From NCBI RefSeq assembly GCF_009914755.1, contig NC_060931.1: a stretch of DNA of 64,000 bases; one strand, written 5' to 3'. Every line of letters begins with the position of its first letter. Positions within the stretch are counted from its first letter, which is position 1. The notes under the pieces are model-generated. The model had not been told where the DNA came from. It worked only from the letters and a program-made list of their open reading frames with translations, and made no database searches. Position numbers and translations under genes: made by a program. This stretch comes from the human T2T-CHM13v2.0 reference genome, Homo sapiens. Below, piece by piece: positions 1-12,800 of the stretch.

Positions 1-267
1 CATTCAACTCACAGAGTGGAACGTCCCTTTAGACAGAGCAGATTTGAAACACTTTTTGGCGGAATTTGCAAGTGGAGATTTTTAGCCATTTGATGCCAAC
101 AGTAGAAAGGGAAATATCTTCAAATAAAAACCAGACAGAATCATTCTCAGAAAATTCTTTGTGATGTGTGCGTTCAACTCACATAGTTTAACCTTTCTTT
201 TCATAGAGCAGTTTGGAAACACTCTGTTTGTAAAGTCTGCAAGTGGATATATGGACCGCATTGAGGC

Positions 268-284
268 CTTCGTTGGAAACGGGA
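268..284 (+). promoter_or_regulatory. CENP-B box, HOR position 1 (CTTCGTTGGAAACGGGA after GACCGCATTGAGGC); one per HOR
   Basis: Exact match to the canonical 17-bp CENP-B box with the core nTTCGnnnnAnnCGGGn intact. Confidence 0.97.
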
Positions 285-436
285 TTTCTTCATTTCATGC
301 TAGACAGAAGAATTCTCAGTAACTTCTTTGTGCTGTGTGTATTCAACTCACAGAGTGGAACGTCCCTTTGCACAGAGCAGATTTGAAACACTCTTTTTGT
401 GGAGTTTGCAAGTGGAGATTTCAAGCGATTTGATGC

Positions 437-453
437 CAACAGTAGAAAAGGAA
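437..453 (+). other. A-type monomer box (pJalpha-like position) in the monomers lacking a CENP-B box
   Basis: CAACAGTAGAAAAGGAA occupies the position homologous to the CENP-B box, 169 bp after box 1, as expected for A/B alternation. Protein binding cannot be inferred. Confidence 0.55.
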
Positions 454-607
454 GTATCTTCAAATAAAAACTAGACAGAATCATTCTCAGAAACTACTTT
501 GTGATGTGTGCCTTCAACTCACCGAGTTTAACCTTTCTTTTCTGAGAGCAGCTTAGAAACACTCTGCTTGTTATGTCTGCAAGTTGATATTTGGACCTCT
601 TTGAGGC

Positions 608-624
608 CTTCGTTGCAAACGGGG
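608..624 (+). promoter_or_regulatory. CENP-B box, HOR position 2 (CTTCGTTGCAAACGGGG); one per HOR
   Basis: Differs from canonical only at non-core positions; all 9 core bases retained. Lies 340 bp from box 1. Confidence 0.92.
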
Positions 625-949
625 TTTCTTCCTTTAATGCTAGACTAAGAAGAGTTCTCAGTAACTTTTTTGTGTTGTGTGTATTCAACTCACAGAGTTG
701 AACCTTGCTTTAGAGAGAGCAGATTTGAAACACTCTTGCTGTGGCATTTTCAGGTGGAGATTTCAAGCGATTTGAGGACAATTGCAGAAAAGGAAATATC
801 TTCGTATAATAACCAGACAGAATCATTCTCAGAAAGTGCTTTGTGATGTGTGCGTTCAACTCACAGAGTTTAACCTTTCTTTTCATAGAGGAGTTTGGAA
901 ACACACTGTTTGTAAAGTCTGCAATTGGATATATGGACCTGTTTGAGGC

Positions 950-966
950 CTTCGTTGGAAACGGGA
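950..966 (+). promoter_or_regulatory. CENP-B box, HOR position 3 (after GACCTGTTTGAGGC); one per HOR, polymorphic along the array
   Basis: Canonical here, 342 bp from box 2. Reads CTCCG or TTCCG in 18 downstream copies. Confidence 0.95.
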
Positions 967-1330
967 TTTCTTCATTGAATGCTAGACGGAAGAATTCTCA
1001 GTAAATTCTTTGTGTTGTGTGCATTCAACTCACAGAGTGGAACGTCCCTTTAGACAGAGCAGATTTGAAACACTTTTTGGCGGAATTTGCAAGTGGAGAT
1101 TTCTAGCCATTTGATGCCAACAGTAGAAAGGGAAATATCTTCAAATAAAAACCAGACAGAATCATTCTCAGAAAATTCTTTGTGATGTGTGTGTTCAACT
1201 CACATAGTTTAACCTTTCTTTTCATAGAGCAGTTTGGAAACACTCTGTTTGTAAAGTCTGCAAGTGGATATATGGACCGCATTGAGGCCTTCGTTGGAAA
1301 CGGGATTTCTTCATTTCATGCTAGACAGAA

Positions 1331-2352
1331 GAATTCTCAGTAACTTCTTTGTGCTGTGTGTATTCAACTCACAGAGTGGAACGTCCCTTTACACAGAGCA
1401 GATTTGAAACACTCTTTTTGTGGAGTTTGCAAGTGGAGATTTCAAGCGACTTGATGCCAACAGTAGAAAAGGAAATATCTTCAAATAAAAACTAGACAGA
1501 ATCATTCTCAGAAACTACTTTGTGATGTGTGCCTTCAACTCACAGAGTTTAACCTTTCTTTTCTTAGAGCAGTTTAGAAACACTCTGCTTGTTATGTCTG
1601 CAAGTGGATATTTGGACCTCTTTGAGGCCTTCGTTGCAAACGGGGTTTCTTCCTTTCATGCTAGACTAAGAAGAGTTCTCAGTAACTTTTTTGTGTTGTG
1701 TGTATTCAACTCACAGAGTTCAACCTTGCTTTAGAGAGAGCAGATTTGAAACACTCTTGCTGTGGCATTTTCAGGTGGAGATTTCAAGCGATTTGAGGAC
1801 AATTGCAGAAAAGGAAATATCTTCGTATAATAACCAGACAGAATCATTCTCAGAAAGTGCTTTGTGATGTGTGCGTTCAACTCACAGAGTTTAACCTTTC
1901 TTTTCATAGAGGAGTTTGGAAACACACTGTTTGTAAAGTCTGCAAGTGGATATATGGACCTGTTTGAGGCCTTCGTTGGAAACGGGATTTCTTCATTGAA
2001 TGCTAGACGGAAGAATTCTCAGTAAATTCTTTGTGTTGTGTGCATTCAACTCACAGAGTGGAACGTCCCTTTAGACAGAGCAGATTTGAAACACTCTTTT
2101 TGCGGAATTTGCAAGTGGAGATTTCTAGCCATTTGATGCCAACAGTAGAAAGGGAAATATCTTCAAATAAAAACCAGACAGAATCATTCTCAGAAAATTC
2201 TTTGTGATGTGTGCGTTCAACTCACATAGTTTAACCTTTCTTTTCATAGAGCAGTTTGGAAACACTCTGTTTGTAAAGTCTGCAAGTGGATATATGGACC
2301 GCATTGAGGCCTTCGTTGGAAACGGGATTTCTTCATTTCATGCTAGACAGAA
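1331..2352 (+). repeat. Representative canonical 1022-bp 6-mer HOR unit
   Basis: Runs from GAATTCTCAGTAACTTC at 1331 to the next copy at 2353. Internal EcoRI site at 2013 (682+340). The third equivalent position reads GAGTTC and is not cut. Confidence 0.95.
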
Positions 2353-2679
2353 GAATTCTCAGTAACTTCTTTGTGCTGTGTGTATTCAACTCACAGAGTG
2401 GAACGTCCCTTTACACAGAGCAGATTTGAAACACTCTTTTTGTGGAGTTTGCAAGTGGAGATTTCAAGCGATTTGATGCCAACAGTAGAAAAGGAAATAT
2501 CTTCAAATAAAAACTAGACAGAATCATTCTCAGAAACTACTTTGTGATGTGTGCCTTCAACTCACAGAGTTTAACCTTTCTTTTCTTAGAGCAGTTTAGA
2601 AACACTCTGCTTGTTATGTCTGCAAGTGGATATTTGGACCTCTTTGAGGCCTTCGTTGCAAACGGGGTTTCTTCCTTTC

Positions 2680-5600
2680 ATGCTAGACTAAGAAGAGTTC
2701 TCAGTAACTTTTTTGTGTTGTGTGTATTCAACTCACAGAGTTGAACCTTGCTTTAGAGAGAGCAGATTTGAAACACTCTTGCTGTGGCATTTTCAGGTGG
2801 AGATTTCAAGCGATTTGAGGACAATTGCAGAAAAGGAAATATCTTCGTATAATAACCAGACAGAATCATTCTCAGAAAGTGCTTTGTGATGTGTGCGTTC
2901 AACTCACAGAGTTTAACCTTTCTTTTCATAGAGGAGTTTGGAAACACACTGTTTGTAAAGTCTGCAAGTGGATATATGGACCTGTTTGAGGCCTTCGTTG
3001 GAAACGGGATTTCTTCATTGAATGCTAGACGGAAGAATTCTCAGTAAATTCTTTGTGTTGTGTGCATTCAACTCACAGAGTGGAACGTCCCTTTAGACAG
3101 AGCAGATTTGAAACACTCTTTTTGCGGAATTTGCAAGTGGAGATTTCTAGCCATTTGATGCCAACAGTAGAAAGGGAAATATCTTCAAATAAAAACCAGA
3201 CAGAATCATTCTCAGAAAATTCTTTGTGATGTGTGCGTTCAACTCACATAGTTTAACCTTTCTTTTCATAGAGCAGTTTGGAAACACTCTGTTTGTAAAG
3301 TCTGCAAGTGGATATATGGACCGCATTGAGGCCTTCGTTGGAAACGGGATTTCTTCATTTCATGCTAGACAGAAGAATTCTCAGTAACTTCTTTGTGCTG
3401 TGTGTATTCAACTCACAGAGTGGAACGTCCCTTTTCACAGAGCAGATTTGAAACACTCTTTTTGTGGAGTTTGCAAGTGGAGATTTCAAGCGATTTGATG
3501 CCAACAGTAGAAAAGGAAGTATCTTCAAATAAAAACTAGACAGAATCATTCTCAGAAACTACTTTGTGATGTGTGCCTTCAACTCACAGAGTTTAACCTT
3601 TCTTTTCTTAGAGCAGCTTAGAAACACTCTGCTTGTTATGTCTGCAAGTGGATATTTGGACCTCTTTGAGGCCTTCGTTGCAAACGGGGTTTCTTCCTTT
3701 AATGCTAGACTAAGAAGAGTTCTCAGTAACTTTTTTGTGTTGTGTGTATTCAACTCACAGAGTTGAACCTTGCTTTAGAGAGAGCAGATTTGAAACACTC
3801 TCGCTGTGGAATTTTCAGGTGGAGATTTCAAGCGATTTGAGGACAATTGCAGAAAAGGAAATATCTTCGTATAATAACCAGACAGAATCATTCTCAGAAA
3901 GTGCTTTGTGATGTGTGCGTTCAACTCACAGAGTTTAACCTTTCTTTTCATAGAGGAGTTTGGAAACACACTGTTTGTAATGTCTGCAATTGGATATATG
4001 GACCTGTTTGAGGCCTTCGTTGGAAACGGGATTTCTTCATTGAATGCTAGACGGAAGGATTCTCAGTAAATTCTTTGTGTTGTGTGCATTCAACTCACAG
4101 AGTGGAACGTCCCTTTAGACAGAGCAGATTTGAAACACTCTTTTTGCGGAATTTGCAAGTGGAGATTTCTAGCCATTTGATGCCAACAGTAGAAAGGGAA
4201 ATATCTTCAAATAAAAACCAGACAGAATCATTCTCAGAAAATTCTTTGTGATATGTGCGTTCAACTCACATAGTTTAACCTTTCTTTTCATAGAGCAGTT
4301 TGGAAACACTCTGTTTGTAAAGTCTGCAAGTGGATATATGGACCGCATTGAGGCCTTCGTTGGAAACGGGATTTCTTCATTTCATGCTAGACAGAAGAAT
4401 TCTCAGTAACTTCTTTGTGCTGTGTGTATTCAACTCACAGAGTGGAACGTCCCTTTACACAGAGCAGATTTGAAACACTCTTTTTGTGGAGTTTGCAAGT
4501 GGAGATTTCAAGCGATTTGATGCCAACAGTAGAAAAGGAAATATCTTCAAATAAAAACTAGACAGAATCATTCTCAGAAACTACTTTGTGATGTGTGCCT
4601 TCAACTCACAGAGTTTAACCTTTCTTTTCTTAGAGCAGTTTAGAAACACTCTGCTTGTTATGTCTGCAAGTGGATATTTGGACCTCTTTGAGGCCTTCGT
4701 TGCAAACGGGGTTTCTTCCTTTAATGCTAGACTAAGAAGAGTTCTCAGTAACTTTTTTGTGTTGTGTGTATTCAACTCACAGAGTTGAACCTTGCTTTAG
4801 AGAGAGCAGATTTGAAACACTCTTGCTGTGGCATTTTCAGGTGGAGATTTCAAGCGATTTGAGGACAATTGCAGAAAAGGAAATATCTTCGTATAATAAC
4901 CAGACAGAATCATTCTCAGAAAGTGCTTTGTGATGTGTGCGTTCAACTCACAGAGTTTAACCTTTCTTTTCATAGAGGAGTTTGGAAACACACTGTTTGT
5001 AAAGTCTGCAAGTGGATATATGGACCTGTTTGAGGCCTTCGTTGGAAACGGGATTTCTTCATTGAATGCTAGACGGAAGAATTCTCAGTAAATTCTTTGT
5101 GTTGTGTGCATTCAACTCACAGAGTGGAACGTCCCTTTAGACAGAGCAGATTTGAAACACTCTTTTTGCGGAATTTGCAAGTGGAGATTTCTAGCCATTT
5201 GATGCCAACAGTAGAAAGGGAAATATCTTCAAATAAAAACCAGACAGAATCATTCTCAGAAAATTCTTTGTGATGTGTGCGTTCAACTCACATAGTTTAA
5301 CCTTTCTTTTCATAGAGCAGTTTGGAAACACTCTGTTTGTAAAGTCTGCAAGTGGATATATGGACCGCATTGAGGCCTTCGTTGGAAACGGGATTTCTTC
5401 ATTTCATGCTAGACAGAAGAATTCTCAGTAACTTCTTTGTGCTGTGTGTATTCAACTCACAGAGTGGAACGTCCCTTTTCACAGAGCAGATTTGAAACAC
5501 TCTTTTTGTGGAGTTTGCAAGTGGAGATTTCAAGCGATTTGATGCCAACAGTAGAAAAGGAAGTATCTTCAAATAAAAACTAGACAGAATCATTCTCAGA

Positions 5601-6859
5601 AACTACTTTGTGATGTGTGCCTTCAACTCACAGAGTTTAACCTTTCTTTTCTTAGAGCAGCTTAGAAACACTCTGCTTGTTATGTCTGCAAGTGGATATT
5701 TGGACCTCTTTGAGGCCTTCGTTGCAAACGGGGTTTCTTCCTTTAATGCTAGACTAAGAAGAGTTCTCAGTAACTTTTTTGTGTTGTGTGTATTCAACTC
5801 ACAGAGTTGAACCTTGCTTTAGAGAGAGCAGATTTGAAACACTCTCGCTGTGGAATTTTCAGGTGGAGATTTCAAGCGATTTGAGGACAATTGCAGAAAA
5901 GGAAATATCTTCGTATAATAACCAGACAGAATCATTCTCAGAAAGTGCTTTGTGATGTGTGCGTTCAACTCACAGAGTTTAACCTTTCTTTTCATAGAGG
6001 AGTTTGGAAACACACTGTTTGTAATGTCTGCAATTGGATATATGGACCTGTTTGAGGCCTTCGTTGGAAACGGGATTTCTTCATTGAATGCTAGACGGAA
6101 GGATTCTCAGTAAATTCTTTGTGTTGTGTGCATTCAACTCACAGAGTGGAACGTCCCTTTAGACAGAGCAGATTTGAAACACTCTTTTTGCGGAATTTGC
6201 AAGTGGAGATTTCTAGCCATTTGATGCCAACAGTAGAAAGGGAAATATCTTCAAATAAAAACCAGACAGAATCATTCTCAGAAAATTCTTTGTGATATGT
6301 GCGTTCAACTCACATAGTTTAACCTTTCTTTTCATAGAGCAGTTTGGAAACACTCTGTTTGTAAAGTCTGCAAGTGGATATATGGACCGCATTGAGGCCT
6401 TCGTTGGAAACGGGATTTCTTCATTTCATGCTAGACAGAAGAATTCTCAGTAACTTCTTTGTGCTGTGTGTATTCAACTCACAGAGTGGAACGTCCCTTT
6501 ACACAGAGCAGATTTGAAACACTCTTTTTGTGGAGTTTGCAAGTGGAGATTTCAAGCGATTTGATGCCAACAGTAGAAAAGGAAATATCTTCAAATAAAA
6601 ACTAGACAGAATCATTCTCAGAAACTACTTTGTGATGTGTGCCTTCAACTCACAGAGTTTAACCTTTCTTTTCTTAGAGCAGTTTAGAAACACTCTGCTT
6701 GTTATGTCTGCAAGTGGATATTTGGACCTCTTTGAGGCCTTCGTTGCAAACGGGGTTTCTTCCTTTAATGCTAGACTAAGAAGAGTTCTCAGTAACTTTT
6801 TTGTGTTGTGTGTATTCAACTCACAGAGTTGAACCTTGCTTTAGAGAGAGCAGATTTGA
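2680..6859 (+). repeat. Tandem duplication of a 2-HOR block (period 2044 bp)
   Basis: Private variants CCCTTTTCACAG (~3435/5479) and GTGATATGTG (~4253/6297), plus linked variants, repeat at +2044. Confidence 0.88.
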
Positions 6860-9800
6860 TACACTCTCGCTGTGGAATTTTCAGGTGGAGATTTCAAGCG
6901 ATTTGAGGACAATTGCAGAAAAGGAAATATCTTCGTATAATAACCAGACAGAATCATTCTCAGAAAGTGCTTTGTGATGTGTGCGTTCAACTCACAGAGT
7001 TTAACCTTTCTTTTCATAGAGGAGTTTGGAAACACACTGTTTGTAATGTCTGCAATTGGATATATGGACCTGTTTGAGGCCTTCGTTGGAAACGGGATTT
7101 CTTCATTGAATGCTAGACGGAAGAATTCTCAGTAAATTCTTTGTGTTGTGTGCATTCAACTCACAGAGTGGAACGTCCCTTTAGACAGAGCAGATTTGAA
7201 ACACTTTTTGGCGGAATTTGCAAGTGGAGATTTTTAGCCATTTGATGCCAACAGTAGAAAGGGAAATATCTTCAAATAAAAACCAGACAGAATCATTCTC
7301 AGAAAATTCTTTGTGATGTGTGCGTTCAACTCACATAGTTTAACCTTTCTTTTCATAGAGCAGTTTGGAAACACTCTGTTTGTAAAGTCTGCAAGTGGAT
7401 ATATGGACCGCATTGAGGCCTTCGTTGGAAACGGGATTTCTTCATTTCATGCTAGACAGAAGAATTCTCAGTAACTTCTTTGTGCTGTGTGTATTCAACT
7501 CACAGAGTGGAACGTCCCTTTGCACAGAGCAGATTTGAAACACTCTTTTTGTGGAGTTTGCAAGTGGAGATTTCAAGCGATTTGATGCCAACAGTAGAAA
7601 AGGAAGTATCTTCAAATAAAAACTAGACAGAATCATTCTCAGAAACTACTTTGTGATGTGTGCCTTCAACTCACCGAGTTTAACCTTTCTTTTCTGAGAG
7701 CAGCTTAGAAACACTCTGCTTGTTATGTCTGCAAGTTGATATTTGGACCTCTTTGAGGCCTTCGTTGCAAACGGGGTTTCTTCCTTTAATGCTAGACTAA
7801 GAAGAGTTCTCAGTAACTTTTTTGTGTTGTGTGTATTCAACTCACAGAGTTGAACCTTGCTTTAGAGAGAGCAGATTTGAAACACTCTTGCTGTGGCATT
7901 TTCAGGTGGAGATTTCAAGCGATTTGAGGACAATTGCAGAAAAGGAAATATCTTCGTATAATAACCAGACAGAATCATTCTCAGAAAGTGCTTTGTGATG
8001 TGTGCGTTCAACTCACAGAGTTTAACCTTTCTTTTCATAGAGGAGTTTGGAAACACACTGTTTGTAAAGTCTGCAATTGGATATATGGACCTGTTTGAGG
8101 CCTTCGTTGGAAACGGGATTTCTTCATTGAATGCTAGACGGAAGAATTCTCAGTAAATTCTTTGTGTTGTGTGCATTCAACTCACAGAGTGGAACGTCCC
8201 TTTAGACAGAGCAGATTTGAAACACTTTTTGGCGGAATTTGCAAGTGGAGATTTCTAGCCATTTGATGCCAACAGTAGAAAGGGAAATATCTTCAAATAA
8301 AAACCAGACAGAATCATTCTCAGAAAATTCTTTGTGATGTGTGTGTTCAACTCACATAGTTTAACCTTTCTTTTCATAGAGCAGTTTGGAAACACTCTGT
8401 TTGTAAAGTCTGCAAGTGGATATATGGACCGCATTGAGGCCTTCGTTGGAAACGGGATTTCTTCATTTCATGCTAGACAGAAGAATTCTCAGTAACTTCT
8501 TTGTGCTGTGTGTATTCAACTCACAGAGTGGAACGTCCCTTTACACAGAGCAGATTTGAAACACTCTTTTTGTGGAGTTTGCAAGTGGAGATTTCAAGCG
8601 ACTTGATGCCAACAGTAGAAAAGGAAATATCTTCAAATAAAAACTAGACAGAATCATTCTCAGAAACTACTTTGTGATGTGTGCCTTCAACTCACAGAGT
8701 TTAACCTTTCTTTTCTTAGAGCAGTTTAGAAACACTCTGCTTGTTATGTCTGCAAGTGGATATTTGGACCTCTTTGAGGCCTTCGTTGCAAACGGGGTTT
8801 CTTCCTTTCATGCTAGACTAAGAAGAGTTCTCAGTAACTTTTTTGTGTTGTGTGTATTCAACTCACAGAGTTCAACCTTGCTTTAGAGAGAGCAGATTTG
8901 AAACACTCTTGCTGTGGCATTTTCAGGTGGAGATTTCAAGCGATTTGAGGACAATTGCAGAAAAGGAAATATCTTCGTATAATAACCAGACAGAATCATT
9001 CTCAGAAAGTGCTTTGTGATGTGTGCGTTCAACTCACAGAGTTTAACCTTTCTTTTCATAGAGGAGTTTGGAAACACACTGTTTGTAAAGTCTGCAAGTG
9101 GATATATGGACCTGTTTGAGGCCTTCGTTGGAAACGGGATTTCTTCATTGAATGCTAGACGGAAGAATTCTCAGTAAATTCTTTGTGTTGTGTGCATTCA
9201 ACTCACAGAGTGGAACGTCCCTTTAGACAGAGCAGATTTGAAACACTCTTTTTGCGGAATTTGCAAGTGGAGATTTCTAGCCATTTGATGCCAACAGTAG
9301 AAAGGGAAATATCTTCAAATAAAAACCAGACAGAATCATTCTCAGAAAATTCTTTGTGATGTGTGCGTTCAACTCACATAGTTTAACCTTTCTTTTCATA
9401 GAGCAGTTTGGAAACACTCTGTTTGTAAAGTCTGCAAGTGGATATATGGACCGCATTGAGGCCTTCGTTGGAAACGGGATTTCTTCATTTCATGCTAGAC
9501 AGAAGAATTCTCAGTAACTTCTTTGTGCTGTGTGTATTCAACTCACAGAGTGGAACGTCCCTTTACACAGAGCAGATTTGAAACACTCTTTTTGTGGAGT
9601 TTGCAAGTGGAGATTTCAAGCGAATTGATGCCAACAGTAGAAAAGGAAATATCTTCAAATAAAAACTAGACAGAATCATTCTCAGAAACTACTTTGTGAT
9701 GTTTGCCTTCAACTCACAGAGTTTAACCTTTCTTTTCTTAGAGCAGTTTAGAAACACTCTGCTTGTTATGTCTGCAAGTGGATATTTGGACCTCTTTGAG

Positions 9801-12800
9801 GCCTTCGTTGCAAACGGGGTTTCTTCCTTTCATGCTAGACTAAGAAGAGTTCTCAGTAACTTTTTTGTGTTGTGTGTATTCAACTCACAGAGTTGAACCT
9901 TGCTTTAGAGAGAGCAGATTTGAAACACTCTTGCTGTGGCATTTTCAGGTGGAGATTTCAAGCGATTTGAGGACAATTGCAGAAAAGGAAATATCTTCGT
10001 ATAATAACCAGACAGAATCATTCTCAGAAAGTGCTTTGTGATGTGTGCGTTCAACTCACAGAGTTTAACCTTTCTTTTCATAGAGGAGTTTGGAAACACA
10101 CTGTTTGTAATGTCTGCAATTGGATATATGGACCTGTTTGAGGCCTTCGTTGGAAACGGGATTTCTTCATTGAATGCTAGACGGAAGAATTCTCAGTAAA
10201 TTCTTTGTGTTGTGTGCATTCAACTCACAGAGTGGAACGTCCCTTTAGACAGAGCAGATTTGAAACACTTTTTGGCGGAATTTGCAAGTGGAGATTTCTA
10301 GCCATTTGATGCCAACAGTAGAAAGGGAAATATCTTCAAATAAAAACCAGACAGAATCATTCTCAGAAAATTCTTTGTGATGTGTGCGTTCAACTCACAT
10401 AGTTTAACCTTTCTTTTCATAGAGCAGTTTGGAAACACTCTGTTTGTAAAGTCTGCAAGTGGATATATGGACCGCATTGAGGCCTTCGTTGGAAACGGGA
10501 TTTCTTCATTTCATGCTAGACAGAAGAATTCTCAGTAACTTCTTTGTGCTGTGTGTATTCAACTCACAGAGTGGAACGTCCCTTTACACAGAGCAGATTT
10601 GAAACACTCTTTTTGTGGAGTTTGCAAGTGGAGATTTCAAGCGATTTGATGCCAACAGTAGAAAAGGAAATATCTTCAAATAAAAACTAGACAGAATCAT
10701 TCTCAGAAACTACTTTGTGATGTGTGCCTTCAACTCACAGAGTTTAACCTTTCTTTTCTTAGAGCAGTTTAGAAACACTCTGCTTGTTATGTCTGCAAGT
10801 GGATATTTGGACCTCTTTGAGGCCTTCGTTGCAAACGGGGTTTCTTCCTTTAATGCTAGACTAAGAAGAGTTCTCAGTAACTTTTCTGTGTTGTGTGTAT
10901 TCAACTCACAGAGTTGAACCTTGCTTTAGAGAGAGGAGATTTGAAACACTCTCGCTGTGGAATTTTCAGGTGGAGATTTCAAGCGATTTGAGGACAATTG
11001 CAGAAAAGGAAATATCTTCGTATAATAACCAGACAGAATCATTCTCAGAAAGTGCTTTGTGGTGTGTGCGTTCAACTCACAGAGTTTAACCTTTCTTTTC
11101 ATAGAGGAGTTTGGAAACACACTGTTTGTAAAGTCTGCAATTGGATATATGGACCTGTTTGAGGCCTTCGTTGGAAACGGGATTTCATCATTGAATGCTA
11201 GACGGAAGGATTCTCAGTAAATTCTTTGTGTTGTGTGCATTCAACTCACAGAATGGAACGTCCCTTTAGACAGAGCAGATTTGAAACACTCTTTTTGCGG
11301 AATTTGCAAGTGGAGATTTCTAGCCATTTGATGCCAACAGTAGAAAGGGAAATATCTTCAAATAAAAACCAGACAGAATCATTCTCAGAAAATTCTTTGT
11401 GATGTGTGCGTTCAACTCACATAGTTTAACCTTTCTTTTCATAGAGCAGTTTGGAAACACTCTGTTTCTAAAGTCTGCAAGTGGATATATGGACCGCATT
11501 GAGGCCTTCGTTGGAAACGGGATTTCTTCATTTCATGCTAGACAGAAGAATTCTCAGTAACTTCTTTGTGCTGTGTGTATTCAACTCACAGAGTGGAACG
11601 TCCCTTTACACAGAGCAGATTTGAAACACTCTTTTTGTGGAGTTTGCAAGTGGAGATTTCAAGCGACTTGATGCCAACAGTAGAAAAGGAAATATCTTCA
11701 AATAAAAACTAGACAGAATCATTCTCAGAAACTACTTTGTGATGTGTGCCTTCAACTCACAGAGTTTAACCTTTCTTTTCTTAGAGCAGTTTAGAAACAC
11801 TCTGCTTGTTATGTCTGCAAGTGGATATTTGGACCTCTTTGAGGCCTTCGTTGCAAACGGGGTTTCTTCCTTTCATGCTAGACTAAGAAGAGTTCTCAGT
11901 AACTTTTTTGTGTTGTGTGTATTCAACTCACAGAGTTGAACCTTGCTTTAGAGAGAGCAGATTTGAAACACTCTTGCTGTGGCATTTTCAGGTGGAGATT
12001 TCAAGCGATTTGAGGACAATTGCAGAAAAGGAAATATCTTCGTATAATAACCAGACAGAATCATTCTCAGAAAGTGCTTTGTGATGTGTGCGTTCAACTC
12101 ACAGAGTTTAACCTTTCTTTTCATAGAGGAGTTTGGAAACACACTGTTTGTAATGTCTGCAAGTGGATATATGGACCTGTTTGAGGCCTTCGTTGGAAAC
12201 GGGATTTCTTCATTGAATGCTAGACGGAAGAATTCTCAGTAAATTCTTTGTCTTGTGTGCATTCAACTCACAGAGTGGAACGTCCCTTTAGACAGAGCAG
12301 ATTTGAAACACTCTTTTTGCGGAATTTGCAAGTGGAGATTTCTAGCCATTTGATGCCAACAGTAGAAAGGGAAATATCTTCAAATAAAAACCAGACAGAA
12401 TCATTCTCAGAAAATTCTTTGTGATGTGTGCGTTCAACTCACATAGTTTAACCTTTCTTTTCATAGAGCAGTTTGGAAACACTCTGTTTGTAAAGTCTGC
12501 AAGTGGATATATGGACCGCATTGAGGCCTTCGTTGGAAACGGGATTTCTTCATTTCATGCTAGACAGAAGAATTCTCAGTAACTTCTTTGTGCTGTGTGT
12601 ATTCAACTCACAGAGTGGAACGTCCCTTTACACAGAGCAGATTTGAAACACTCTTTTTGTGGAGTTTGCAAGTGGAGATTTCAAGCGAATTGATGCCAAC
12701 AGTAGAAAAGGAAATATCTTCAAATAAAAACTAGACAGAATCATTCTCAGAAACTACTTTGTGATGTGTGCCTTCAACTCACAGAGTTTAACCTTTCTTT

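Noticed and set aside
121-130. AATAAA and TATAAT motifs as polyA or promoter signals
   Set aside because: They are intrinsic to the AT-rich satellite consensus and repeated in every HOR. The sequence alone gives no support for function.
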